DNA of 63,825 nucleotides, filler included, from Collodictyon triciliatum (taxonomy: Eukaryota): the NCBI GenBank assembly GCA_043381765.1. It is 8 parts of 8 records of this genome, joined end to end, with 100 filler letters (N's around TTAATTAATTAA, not from the genome) between each part and the next. Parts side by side here need not be neighbours in the genome. Positions count along the whole stretch, not along the records: positions 42,925 to 51,402 come from JBHJMP010003411.1; positions 51,503 to 59,976 come from JBHJMP010003412.1; positions 60,077 to 63,825 come from JBHJMP010003535.1; 5 more parts are not named here. One strand, 5' to 3'. Below, piece after piece: positions 49,449 through 63,825 of the stretch (position 1 is its first letter; each line of letters begins with the position of its first letter). A program made the translations under genes and the position numbers. The notes under the pieces were generated by a model. The model was not told where the DNA came from. It saw only the letters and a list, made by a program, of their open reading frames with translations, and made no database searches.

Positions 49449-50694
49449 ATGACGACTGCATATTCAACGGTGGCTGTCTTTTTAATGGGTATGCACATAT
49501 TATTTTCAAGTTATTGATATTCTTGAAATTGTTAACCCATGGTTATTTCACGTTGGACTACTTTTTTCTCTGTCACTTACGCATAGTAAACTCTTTATCT
49601 ACTTCATAGCATTGCTATTTCAAAGCCAACTCTGCCACGTCGAGGGAGAGGACAAGGACCTGATACGATCAATTCCTAATGCTGGAGCCACTTATACAGT
49701 TGCCTTAACCCCTGACGGAACAAAAATAGTTTCTGGGAACAGAGACGCCAAAGTCCTGATTTGGAGCGTTTCTGATGGAAGTTTGATTCGCACATTGACA
49801 GGCCACACTGATTATGTTTACAGCGCTATTGTTACTCCCGATGGTACGAAAATCGTGTCCGGAAGTGGTGACAATACAGTCAAGATATGGAACCTTGCGG
49901 ATGGCGCCTTGATTGACACCTTGACTGGACATACAAACGTAATCGATAGCGTTGTGGTGACTCCTGACGGAACCAAGATTATCTCTGGAAGTGCTGACTA
50001 TACAATCAAGATTTGGAACTTCGAAGATGGCTCCTTGAATAACACATTGAATGGCCATACACGTGGGGTCATATGTGTCACTGTTACTCCTGATGGCTCT
50101 AAAATTGTCTCTGGTAGTTACGACAGAGCAATTAAGATTTGGAATCTTTCAGATGGCTCGTTGATTCGCACATTGACCGGTCACACTGGATATGTTGAGA
50201 GTGTTGTAGTAACACCCGATGGCACAAAAATTGTCTCTGGAAGCGGAGATAATTCAATTATCATCTGGAGCCTCTCCAGCGGTGCGCTGATTCGCACGCT
50301 GAAAGGTCATACTGGTTATGTTCGCAGCGTTGCAGTTACTCCTGATGGCTCGAAGATTGTCTCCGGAAGCCTGGATTTGAAGCTAAAAACATGGAATCTT
50401 GCGGACGGCTCCCTTATTCGCACACTGAGCGGACATACTAGCGTCGCTTGGAGTGTTGCTGTTGAGCCGAAGGGCTCGAATATTGTTTCCGGAAGCTTTG
50501 ATGGAACCATCAAGGTCTGGAAGATTTCTGATATACCTGACCCAGCCCCACCAAAGCCCACCCCCTCCGAGCCATCAGCAGCGACTTCCCTTTCATCGTC
50601 CCTCTTGACCATAGCGATTGGTGTCTCGGTCTGTATCTCTTTCATCTCGTCAAGTGGCTCCAAGGCGCATGAGCGAGAGCAGGCGTTGGAGTAA
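49449..50694 (+). CDS. Predicted secreted or membrane-anchored single WD40 propeller: signal peptide, 7 WD repeats, Pro-rich linker, hydrophobic C-terminal segment
   Basis: Exon 1 49449-49488 (G|gtatgc) plus exon 2 49610-50694 (catag|CA) give MTTAYSTVAVFLMALLFQSQLCHVEG-EDKD...; the end reads PDPAPPKPTPSEPSAATSLSSSLLTIAIGVSVCISFISSS. Confidence 0.85.
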
Positions 50695-50999
50695 TTCTGC
50701 TGGATAGTTCTTGTTTGTTTCGACCAAAACCGAAGCGAGAGAAATAATATATGCTTGTCTGTGCGTGTATAATTTCTGGCCTTTCGACTGATATCTCTAT
50801 GAAGCATTCTCTTCCCGCTCTTCGTCCACAAATGTGTTCCTTTCTATCTTTCGTGGGTGGCCACTCTCCAAGACGGCTCGAAATAAACATACACAAATCA
50901 TATCGCCTTTGGGTCATGTGCCAACATCACTCTAACTGCACAGCAGGCCAGAAAGGCAAAAGGAAAAAAAGTAGCGTCCTTTACCTATTGAATACATTC

Positions 51000-51402
51000 T
51001 TCAGCAAATACCCCGTCGAATACTTCATAAGTTGTAGCCACTTCTGCTGGAGCAGGTAAGTTTGATCGATATTACGATCAGCTTCGCTAGAAGTAGACCA
51101 ACAGATACCTCGGTGATGCTCTGTCAACTACCACTGGACGTGTGGCCGCAACTCCTTCGTGAGGAGCTGAAGGCGTTCAGACCGTCCCACGTGGACATCA
51201 AAAAGGATAAAGGCTTCTTTACAGATACGGCCGTGGTGAAGCTTCTTTGTCATAAGAACCAGCTCCCTGCAAAGTTTACGGTCAAAGTAAAAAGTGTCCA
51301 AAGCGCATCCTCAAAGAGCGTCCGCCAGCCGCGAACAACGAACGACAAGTAAAAGCCCCGCAAAAGAATACACCTGCCAAGCAGACAAGCAGCAACGAGG
51401 TC
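51000..51402 (+). mobile_element. Dispersed repeat copy 2, degenerate L1/Tx1-type ORF1 (RRM-like) fragment at the scaffold end
   Basis: TSVMLCQLPLDVWPQLLREELKAF...GFFTDTAVVKLL...LPAKFTV resembles the ORF1 RRM pattern; there is a 1-nt frameshift relative to copy 1. Confidence 0.5.
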
Positions 51403-51502
51403 NNNNNNNNNNNNNNNNNNNNNNNNNNNNNNNNNNNNNNNNNNNNTTAATTAATTAANNNNNNNNNNNNNNNNNNNNNNNNNNNNNNNNNNNNNNNNNN
51501 NN

Positions 51503-51622
51503 CAATACAATACAATACAATACAATACAATACAATACAATACAATACAATACAATACAATACAATACAATACAATACAATACAATACAATACAATACAA
51601 TACAAAACAAAACAAAACAAAA
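51503..51622. repeat. (CAATA)n microsatellite
   Basis: Directly visible. Confidence 0.9.
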
Positions 51623-51657
51623 AATGAAAAAAATAACAAATACACCGAAAATCAAAG

Positions 51658-54574
51658 GCTATGATGGACGATACGGACATCCAAACGGAAGAAGATGTCG
51701 CTGCGATAGCCAAAGCACGTTCAGTAAAAAATAAATTCAGTTTCAACGAGCGAGCCACTCAAACATACAGCCAACCTCCAAAGGTACTTTATCGCATGAA
51801 TCAATCCATATATTTATTTTCGAACTAATTATGAGGCCAGCATATGCCGAATTGAAAAATCTTACCGATTTGCATATCTGGTTATTTTTTTTTTTGATTT
51901 CTTATATTATTTGTTGAGATATTTTTTATTTTGGGATTGTTATTCATAAAATGATTTAAAACGTCAACATACCTTAAGCACCGAACCACTGCGACTGACC
52001 CACCACCACGCGAGCATTTCCTCGGGAATGTGACACAATGGGAAATCTATGATGCTTACATGGATTTTGAAGAGAATAAACGCATCCAGAGAGAAAGGAG
52101 TAAAATTGCTGCCCGTCAGGCAAACAAGGACGAGGATGGAGAGGTCTGTATTATGTCAAATTATAACCCATACACAATTGCAGTGAGATTAAACCTCCCC
52201 TTTTCAGAAAAAAGAAACCAAGGAATTGATGCAGCTGATTCCAGACAAGGCACCCGAGCCTCAAAATCAGAAAGTTAGACTTTTGAATGGTGATGAGATG
52301 CTGGGTACAGAAGCCTTTCATAAATCTCTCGTTATCATGGAGAGAATGATGAATCAAAATTACTATCGCGAAATAATGCACGATTTCAAATACTGGGATG
52401 ACCCCTCCGACCAATATCGCGAAGAAGGTGCTCAGTAATACACAAAATATAACAGCAAATATTTATACATTAAGTCCTTTTACATATCTGTGTTAAAAAT
52501 TTTCATGACAAGTTGTAAGTTGTGCGCAATGGAGTACATAGCTGACCTGTATTATGACACAGGGAGCCTTCTACCGCTTTGGAAATTCAAGTTCGATAAA
52601 GCCAAGAGAAAAGCAGTAACTGCTATCGTATGGAATCCTGAGTTCTTTGACTTCTTTGCTGTTGGTTATGGAAGCTACGACTATTTGCGACCGAGTTCTG
52701 GGCTCATAGCCTGCTTCTCTTTGAAAAACCCATCATATCCAGAATTCTACTTCAAGGTTGACTCTGGAGTAATGGCAATCGACTTTCACCCACAGGTACG
52801 TGTCGTGTATTACTCAGCCATAATTATTGATCCATTTATTTATGAAATTTCTTACCGGTTAAAATGGATACATAGTATTCCTCTCTTCTTGCTGTGGGAC
52901 TACATGATGGACGCGTGATGGTATTCGATGTCCAATCAAAAGGAACTGAGCCAATTTTCCAATCCAGTGCTAATGCTGGAAAGCATACAGACCCCGTGTG
53001 GCAGGTCTGCATAAACTCGAATGTTATTTACCAACTAAAATAAACAGCAACTAAAAACATGCGAACTTTTATGAGTTAGGTAAAATGGGAGCCGGAGGGA
53101 TTTGCCCGTGATTTAAAGTTCATGTCCATATCATCCGATGGCCGTGTTACTCTATGGACATTATTAAAAAATGAACTGCATCATAATGTACGCTTTTATA
53201 TTCGTGTAATCATCCGTCGTCATTATGATTATGATTGTGATTAATTTTTTTCTTGTTAAGTTATTGTAAAACAATGGCACGAATGAATATATCTTTCAAG
53301 CACAATTTCCCTGGGTCTATCAGAATGTAATGCTTTGATCCAAATGTAATCTATATTCATCTACCAGGATTTGATGGAGCTGAAATACCAACCATCCCTG
53401 ACAAAAGAGGTCTCTGAGGGAGAAGAAGGAGGCGCACTGTTTGAGCTGTCCGGAGGATGTTCGTTTGACTTTAACAAGTTTAATGAACATCTCTTCCTCG
53501 TGGGTACAGAGGAAGGGCAGATTCACAAATGCTCAAAGACATACAACAGCCACTACTTGGAGACATATGAGGTCCACCCTCGTGCAAACCAAAAATATTC
53601 GATTCATTCCAAAATAGATTAGCTAACCATATCTGAACATTCATGTATTCCTCTGCGCCGTTTTATGCCCCTGGCCTTTTGGTTGAAATGCCCTTTTTTA
53701 TTTGTAAGTGAACGAACTTTTCTTAATCTACACAGGGACATGACATGGCGGTTTATAATCTTCGGTGGAATCCGTTCCACTCGCGCGTGTTCTTGTCCTG
53801 TAGTGCGGATTGGACGGTTAAAATGTGGGAGCACAATCACAGCAGCCCTTTGATGATGTTTGATTTGGGTAATTCTGTTGGAAGCATCGCGTGGGCTCCG
53901 TTTTCTTCAACTACATTTGCGGCGGTCACTTCAGATGGAAAAGTACCTGGGCCTTTATTACTATTATGAATAATGACAACGTATTGTGCCATCAATTTTT
54001 TTTTTTATTAAAAAAAAAAAAAAAAGAGAATGAAATAAGCTTTCGCGTTCAATCACCTTGCCATCGAATAGAATAATTAAAATAACCCTCCTCGTAATAA
54101 AGATCCACATTTTCGATTTGAGTCGCAACAAAAATGACTCTATCTGCGAACAGCAGATCGTGAACAAGGCGAGCTTGACTCACGTTGCATTCAATCACAA
54201 GGTTTTTTTTTCTTTTCCAGCAAAGAACTATCAACAAAGAAATAAAATGTTTAATCATTTATATCGTGTGCCAGATGAATAAATGAGACTGCGTGTGAGT
54301 GAGAGGAATTGTATCTGTGGGTGTTGTAAATCAACATCCACACAATCACCGCCATCATCACCACCATGTTGAAGGCTCCCATATCATTTCTTTTCCTTAT
54401 TCGTGTCAACACCACTGCTACCAGGAGCCCATCATCATCGTTGGTGACGACAGGGGGGTTATCTCCTGCCTGAAGATGTCCCCGAACATCCGCAAACACG
54501 GAACGATGGAAGAGGAAATGGCCAAGATGGAGAAGATTGTATCTGCGTCGTTGAAAGGGGAGGGCCATATCTAG
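51658..54574 (+). CDS. DNAI1: Axonemal outer-arm dynein intermediate chain 1 (IC78/DNAI1), 5'-partial
   Basis: [92 protein letters not shown] and [13 protein letters not shown]. Confidence 0.93.
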
Positions 54575-55202
54575 TCCCCGTGCAAAGTGCCTAAACAAAG
54601 CACACCTTCTAACCTGTCCGGGTATGAGACTCGAAGAACGGGAATAAAATCAAGAAACAAAGAAATAATAATGTGTTGGTCCCAAATTATATATATACAC
54701 CTAGATATTTTGGGACCAACATAATGAACCACGACGATGGCTGAGTGAAAGTTATACACAGAAAGGAAGGGATTGAACAGAGACAAACAGCGACCCATAT
54801 ATATATATATATATATGTTTTTGTTTGTGAATAAATGAGTACAGTAGTAACCAGAATAAAAAATGGCAATGATAGATGAAATAATAGTAATAATTGTGAT
54901 GATGCATATCATTCTCTATTGGAGAGATATTTCCGTGCTGATTGTATTCTTTATTTGCTTTACTATTGTGTTTTGGACTGAGTTCTGTCAAGTTTATGTG
55001 TACTGAAGGGTGCAGCACGTGTTCTTTCATTCTATATATAAAAATAGATAAAATTTGTTGTTCGGGAGTAGTAATACGAGCATCACAAATGTCCCTTTTC
55101 TTTTTTCTCTTGAAAGGACGATGAATAAATCAAAGAAAGTGCATAAATTTCATTAATTAGCCAACGACAAACTATCAAATCGTGAGACTTTGGGACAAAC
55201 CT

Positions 55203-57788
55203 TCAGGCAATGCGGAGGCCTGCAAAGGTTTCTTCGATAGACTTGACCGTCCACACAACAAGGTTGCCATCAACGCCAGAGGTCGTGAATGCTTCAGAAA
55301 CACCATTCGCATTCTTCCAGACTTGAATCCCGCTTTATATAGCGTTTATAAGTGAGTTTAAACAAAACGGTAAAATAAATTAGAGAAATATATAAAAATT
55401 TGTGTGCGACTCAGAGGACAGCAAAATGTCTGTGCAGTATTTATATAAAGGCAAACTATTACAACAGTACCATTGATTACCTGATTGCATTTTGGTGCTT
55501 TGTGTCGAGAGAGAAATCAACAGAGTCTGCAGTCCCCTTTGAGGCCGTCGACTGAAAGGCTTGGAAGGCTGATTGGGTAGCTGTGCGAGCTGCACTTGAT
55601 GCCTTTTGCTTCGTGTCGATCTTTCCTTTGAGAGACCTGAAATATGGATGCACACATAGCAAAGGTAAATTTATGGATTTTATTTATTTATTTTTCAAAG
55701 TAAAAAGTAAAAGAAAAAAAGCACCTAGTCTGACGGGAGATGCAAATATTGAGATCAAAGAGAATAATTGTCAGTTTAATGGAAACTATTACATGAATTA
55801 GATACACAATCATATAATAAAATCGTAAGGAGCGTACCATGAACCGCCAGCAAAGGCATAGAGTGTGGGATTGCAATCGTGCCCGGCAGCGACGATCGTG
55901 TCATCAGATAGGAAGGTGACAACACGATAGGGGAGATCGCCGATGAGAACTTTTTGCACTCCAGAATCCCCTCCAGTTACATTGTCGACAAAGTTGATGG
56001 ATGAGTTATGTCCTATTTGTAATGAAGAGTCCAGTTTTTTTACATCGAAACGGACCGATGATTACGCCAATATCTTAAAGTACAAATGAACATGTATAGA
56101 GAAGAAATATTAATATAAAATCAAAGGCATTTTGGTGATTAGATCAGGATAGGAAAGAAAGAAAAACAGAGAGAAACAAGACAAGACGAAATAATTCTAA
56201 GAGCAGATTGGCCACAAACCGACATAGACCAGGCGGTCACCAGAGGGCGACCAGGCAACAGAATGAACCCAGCTAGTGCCAGCTGTAAACTCTGCCAAAA
56301 TGGATCCAAAACCAAACTTTTCTCCAAATGGCGTCATCGCACTATACAAGGATGTGTTATAGTCCATATGATTGCATTTTACGACAGTTTCCGTCGTGGT
56401 TGAGGATAGCGTGGATGGCGATAATATCTGCGATACACCAATCTTAAAGATATAACCGATTTCTTTATTTTTTTTTGAAAAAAATTGTGAAGATAAATTC
56501 TGAAAAAGGGAGCTTCCAATCATATCTCAATCATCAACGAATATGTTAATATGAAATCAAGAAATCTACCGCTGATCGACTCCCTTCACACCGGCATAGA
56601 CAATGCGGCATTTGAAGTCAGTGGAGCCTGTGGCGATGAGAAGATTCGACGGGTGCCAGGCAACAGAGAGGATTGTGGACGTGTGCTTCTTGATGTGCTT
56701 GCTGACCCACCAATCCTGTTCCTTCTCAAAGTAGCAGATAGACACAAGCTTGGAGCCGCTGGCCACAGCAAACTTCTCGCCTGAACAGATACTACAGTAA
56801 GAAAAAGAAGAGAGAAAAAGAGAGAGAAAAAGAGAGAGAAAAAGAGAGAGAAAAAGAGAGAGAAAAAGAGAGAGAAAAAGAGAGAGAAAAAGAGAGAGAA
56901 AAAGAGAAAAAAAGAGAAAAAAAAGAGAAAAAAAAGAGAAAAAGAGAAAAAGAGAGAGAAAAGAAGAGAGAAAAGAAAGAGAGAAAAAAAGAGAGAAAAA
57001 AGAGAAAAAAAGAGAAAAAAAGAGAAAAAAAGACAAAAAGAAAAAAAAGAAGAGAAAACAGACCATTCGGGCTCCACTTGACGTGTGTTGCGGCGCGGTT
57101 AATACGAAGAATCACAAGTGTGGGCTTCCACTCCTTGTCAACCAGAGTCCAGACGTAAGCATTACGGTCCTGGGAGCACGTAACGATGCGGTTGCCCACC
57201 GGGCTCCAGTCCACGCTGGTGATCACTTGATCGTGCTGCATTATGGGTGTGAGCAGAAGACGCATGTGTGTTCTAGGGGAGAAATAAGGGAAAAGAAAGA
57301 AAAGAAAAAAGAAGAAAATAGCAGAGAAGACGGAATGAGTAGAAGGGAGTTCCGTACGGAAGTCAGAGTGTGGGTCAGCACGTAGCCTTCATCGCCCTTG
57401 GCAGAGTAGATTTGAAGCTGGTTGTTATTTGGGCAGATGGCAACCTCTGTTGGTGGACGAGTGGTGAGCAGGTGAGTACACGGTTATGATTTCGTGCAAA
57501 AGGTTTCGCTCTCTTCTTAGTATTTAATTTTTAAAGGAAAAAGGAAAAAGGAAAAAGGAAAAAGGAAAAAGGAAAAAGGAAAAAGGAAAAAGGAAAAAGG
57601 AAAAAGTAATCGGTGGTTGGCAGGGGGTTTGTTGAAATGTTTGTAGGAAAAGACGTCGACACAGCAAACTTCATCAAGAACAATTACAGAAAAGAGGCCA
57701 AAGGAAAACAAAGGCTACCAGATCTGTCGGCGTTCCAGGCGTGGCAGGTGATGCAAGGAGCCAAGTGTTGAAGGAAGGGTGCGGCCAT
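55203..57788 (-). CDS. ARPC1: Arp2/3 complex subunit 1 (p41-Arc), complete, multi-exon
   Basis: [23 protein letters not shown]|..[83 protein letters not shown]...*. Confidence 0.95.
56800..57058. repeat. Intronic purine-rich repeat (AGAGAGAGAAAA)n in ARPC1
   Basis: Directly visible. Confidence 0.85.
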
Positions 57789-58208
57789 CTAAAGACTTTA
57801 GACGAGAGTTAAACCTAGAACACTTGGAAGCACCCATGAAGCTGCCTCAGTTTTGAAAAATAAAAAAAGGAAGAAGGGAAGGAAGGAAGGCGCTCATGTC
57901 CTTCTCGTCTCCAGATCAACCCGTTCGGCCTGGACTTCTCTTCTTTCTGTGAGCCAGTGCAACTTTCGCTCGGCCCAGTCGAGCTTCTTCTGTCTAAACG
58001 TGCGAGCGACTCGCTCAGATTCATCACAAGATGGAGGAGAAATGATAATCGACTAAATATTTTTTGTGTTCTCCTTGGTAAATAGGAATGTGACAGACTG
58101 GGCATAAAACGCCATTCCATTCCTCAACAAAACTGGAATATATTTTCTCTCACAAAACGCCGGCCAACCCCTTGTCTGTCTTGTGTGTGCTGGGCGCCGA
58201 AGTGGAAT

Positions 58209-59976
<1,768 letters not shown>

Positions 59977-60077
59977 NNNNNNNNNNNNNNNNNNNNNNNN
60001 NNNNNNNNNNNNNNNNNNNNTTAATTAATTAANNNNNNNNNNNNNNNNNNNNNNNNNNNNNNNNNNNNNNNNNNNNC

Positions 60078-60391
60078 GATGAGGCTTATCGCCTCATCGA
60101 AAGTCGCTCTGTTATGACGAATCCTGAAGCATCGAAGCGTGCATCGGTCTCTGTTTCGTCTAGATTGTCTGTAAAAGCGTCAGAGTCCACTCCGCTTCAT
60201 GTTCAAATTCAATTGATGCGTGATACTCTAAAAAAGGTCTGATCCCTCCCTCCCTTTCTTTCCTTTTCCTTTTCCTTTTCCTTTTCCTTTTCCTTTTCCT
60301 TTTCCTTTTCCTTTTCCTTTTCCTTTTCCTTTTCCTTTTCCTTTTCCTTTTCCTTTTCCTTTTCATTAAACTCTTCAGCATTTCATATTTT

Positions 60392-60425
<34 letters not shown>

Positions 60426-60676
60426 CAAAAGGTATTGCCATGTTCTTATCACCCAATCTATATATCATGGAAAAGAAAAAGATAAAGACCCCATGAAACC
60501 TTCACTGTAATATATAGGTTGAAGAGCCTGTAAAAAAAGAGGCATCCAAGCGAAAGAGTGCGTATCTGAACATCGCAGCCATGGGAACATTTGCGGCAGC
60601 TCTTGCGCGCAGGCGAGCCCGAACGAAGGAGTACAGCAGTGAAGAAGAATCCAGTGATAATGATGATGATTGGTGA
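60078..60676 (+). CDS. C-terminal WH2-central-acidic (VCA) module of an Arp2/3 nucleation-promoting factor, 5'-partial
   Basis: Exons 60078-60236 and 60518-60676 join in frame: ...PLHVQIQLMRDTLKK|VEEP...MGTFAAALARRRARTKEYSSEEESSDNDDDW*. Confidence 0.8.
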
Positions 60677-62625
60677 CCAGGCGTATTTCGTCCCACCCTG
60701 TGCAAAGCTCACGAAGCACAGCCTTTCATAACCCTTTCTTTCTTTAAACCTTAATCTCCAATTAAGAATCGCTCCACAATAAAGAGGTGAAAGTCGTAAA
60801 ATGTCTCCAAAAGTTTCCCAAAATATAAACTGGACAGCTTCTCGTAAGCAAAGTCTCTCTGGAGTTACCTTGAATACTCTGGCGAGTGTTTGCCAACAGC
60901 AAAACATCCATCCACGTTGCCTTTTTTTCCTTCTAAAAAACGAAAAGAAAATAAGTATTAATGCGTCCTTCACAAGAGTTTCTGAATTGGCAAAACCTCG
61001 GATTCATAAGATATTTTAAAAAGTAGCAATTGTCAGCTGCTGCAGTGTTGTGCGGGTTATGGGTTTATCAGACACATATTTGAAACAATTGGCGAAAAGA
61101 CATCAACTCAAGGATACTATACATTCTATTTCAATAGAAAGACATGAGAAGCAAATCAAATACGTTCTCGCAGGAATGGTTCCTTTTAACGAGATAATTA
61201 CGACATAATGACCCAATGCCACACCGACTGCGTGGCTATCATCAATTCAATGTTATCCAGAAGACATTAATTTTTTTCTACAAGGAGCTAATATTGCACT
61301 TGTACATTAGCCCAAATTATGGTATCAAGCACCATAATCAAAGTTTCATTACCTCTCCCATTAAAATAATTGAATCAGAGCAGCAATTCTACTCATCAAG
61401 CCAAACTGATGCGAATATACAGCTGTCCTCTGTCGTCCTGTAAGACTTTTGCGTGAATCAAAAGTTGATTAGATATATCTGTTATCTTTCAATTTTGGCA
61501 GTAATTTGTTTAACTTGCCATGCAAACTAGAGTCCGCCATTTTAAGAGTATTTCTAAAATCATTTGAGTTTAGTGCAAGTATCCAAACGCCAAACGAAAT
61601 GAAAAATTCATTCTATCTATTATTCTCAAAGTCTAGTCCAAATAACATGAATTTGGAGCGTTGTGTGCTCGCTTGCATATCTTTCAACTACATGAATCAA
61701 CTCTGGAACATACAAGGGTGCAGTTGTTAAGCTATGGCAAAGAACATGTTGTTTGTAAAGGTTGTTTGGTATCAACTTATGTAAGTTTGTTGACAAGAAA
61801 TTGGACATTAAAGCCAATGGAGAAATCTCTATTTCTTCTATGCCACACATACCATTTCCCAGGTATAAATCAATAAGCAAACCACACGCAAAACTCCATA
61901 ACAGAGTGTAATCAAATCAATTGCACAGTGAACCGCACATTCAGCCGAGAATGATACACACGACCGAATAGAGAAATGAATGCAATATTTCTAGCGGTCT
62001 TTGGCCAATAATTCTTGGAGAAATTGTTTGTTTGTCTGGTGACATGGTTATTGCTTCAGTGATTTTCATCTGTCTTGGGAATAAAAAGAGAAACTTGATA
62101 TTAATGAGAGAAATGCAACAGCGTCCCACTCTCGACCGAGGATTCCATAGGAAACAGTTTCAGTAAGTATGAAGGATAGGGGATAACAGATACACACTAG
62201 ATATCAAAGTGCTCAATCCATACAAGCACCGAGGGATTAAATCGAGCTCCTACGCTTTGGGTAGTCACGTGCTATTTAGGGTAACGGTGGTGGTTTGGCT
62301 GAATGACGGGTAGTTTAAAGAAGAAAACGCTGGCATGACATACACTATAATCAAAGTCATAACAATATGTCTGAGTTGTATAGAAAAAAAGTGACGAACT
62401 AGACGCAAATCGACTTTAAATTTAAATTCCAATTAAGAAAAACATATCTGGAATTACTTTATCTCTGAACGAAAAAAAATATTCGGATTTGCCTGTTGCG
62501 ATTAATTTTTTTTTTTTGGATTTGTCACCGACGTTGTTTGTTCGCTTCGCAAAAGACTGCCTCAAAGGCCTTTTCGAGGTTCCCGCGGTTGTCGTGTATG
62601 GCCAAGTCCTCTTTCTGCCACTGTT

Positions 62626-62850
62626 CTCTTTTTTTCCTTTTCTTTTTCTTTTTCTTTTTCTTCTTCTCACTTTTTCTTCTTCTCACTTTTCTTTTTCTTA
62701 CTTTTTCTTTTTCTTTTTCTTTTTCTTTTTCTTCTCACTTTTTCTTTTTCTTCTCACTTTTTCTTTTCTTTTTCTTCTCACTTTTTTCTTTTTCTTTTTC
62801 TTTTTCTTTTTCTTTTTCTTTTTCTTTTTCTTTTTCTTCTTCTCACTTTA
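62626..62850. repeat. Pyrimidine-rich simple repeat, probably intronic
   Basis: Directly visible. Confidence 0.8.
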
Positions 62851-63423
62851 ACTTTTGCTTGTTCTTGCTATCTCTTTCGCTGCGCAGTGGATGGCTTTTG
62901 TGGTATAGAAGAAAAATCGGATGGAAGAGACAAACAGTTGGCTTGTGTTTTGGAGAAGCGGTGGGGGTCATGTTTGCCTTTGTGCCTCCTCTTTTCTTGA
63001 ATAAGACGGGCTTTGGAGCAACTGGGGATCTCGTGCACTTTGAAGTTCTGTGTTCAAGTCTTTTCTTTTTTTTCTTTTCCTTTTCTTTCTTTCCTTCCTT
63101 TGCCTCTTTATATGAACACTTTTAGTCTGTAAATGCCTGCGTATGTTTTGATCGTTGATGTTTCCTTGCTTTGAAAGTGGTAGAGTCCCTGGGTAAAAAG
63201 AAAAAAAAAAGGAAGATCAATAATAACTTACCCCTTTCCTGCAACTTTCATCATGTTCTACTATATATATATATATTAAAGTGTCTTCCTTTCTTCTGTG
63301 TATGCGTTTGATAGAGTTTATATGTTCCATGAACATGATTCCTTCCCCTCTGCTTCTTGTTTCCATACCGTACTTTTTTCTTCTCCCCTCCCTTTTCCTG
63401 TTGCTCTGGTATGGGCCTAAATT

Positions 63424-63640
63424 ATGCTTGAAGAAGGCTTACATGCCTTGCAATTTGATACGATCCAGTTCATGGACAACGGCCCGGATAATTGTCTGCC
63501 CGATCCACAGGCTGCAGAGCTGAGTCAGGAGGTCAATCAAAGCGAAGCAGATCGAGAAGTCGAGGCAGAGCCTGAGTCTGAATCTCTGCCGATGACCGGA
63601 AACAACAGCTCTGCACCTGCGACTGAAGAGATAAACTTGT
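63424..63640 (+). CDS. Possible exon of an unknown gene (acidic, low complexity), continuing beyond the window
   Basis: MLEEGLHALQFDTIQFMDNGPDNCLPDPQAAELSQEVNQSEADREVEAEPESES... ends at a GTGAGT donor followed by a pyrimidine repeat. Confidence 0.3.
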
Positions 63641-63825
63641 GTGAGTGGCAGTTTCTGCAACATTCCTCTCTCTCTTTCTTTCCTCTTTTTTCTCTCTCTT
63701 TCTTTCCTCTTTTTTCTCTCTTTTTCCTCTCTTTTTTCTCTCTTTTTTCTCTCTTTTTTCTCTCTTTTTTCTCTCTTTTTTCTCTCTTTTTTCTCTCTTT
63801 TTTCTCTCTTTTTTCTCTCTTTTTT

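Noticed and set aside
60700-62500. Possible gene or pseudogene in scaffold 8
   Set aside because: I found only short ORFs on both strands, with no consistent splice path or recognisable motif.

Overview
This is eukaryotic, intron-rich genomic DNA from a flagellated protist-like organism (it has an axonemal dynein intermediate chain, Arp2/3 and SMG1). The window is not one locus. It is eight unlinked scaffolds, seven of about 8.48 kb and a last one cut by the window end, joined by artificial N44-TTAATTAATTAA-N44 spacers. Hand-splicing gives, by scaffold: (1) a 5'-truncated LRRK-like Roco gene (LRR-ROC-COR-non-RD kinase-putative SAM x2) whose LRR region is built from 17 phase-0 exons in a repeated '1 large + 3 small' module; (2) an NT-C2 protein, UBC12, TIM50 and a pseudokinase; (3) a compact SMG1 and a GC-rich phospholipase B1-like gene; (4) an intronless ORF of more than 2,800 aa with at least 25 HET-E-like WD40 repeats on a long Cys-rich 93-aa tandem-repeat stalk; (5) two convergent paralogous multi-pass membrane proteins and a MARK/AMPK-family kinase; (6) LINE-ORF1-like repeat fragments and a signal-peptide + 7xWD40 + anchor gene; (7) DNAI1, ARPC1 and TyrRS with an EMAP-II-like domain; (8) a WH2-central-acidic (VCA) C-terminus that the ORF track misses. 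The best candidates for new biology are an apparent family of cell-surface WD40 propeller proteins with variable surface residues, and the modular exon-cassette LRR-Roco kinase. Both look like recognition or immune-type systems. All family calls come from motif recognition only; no searches were run.
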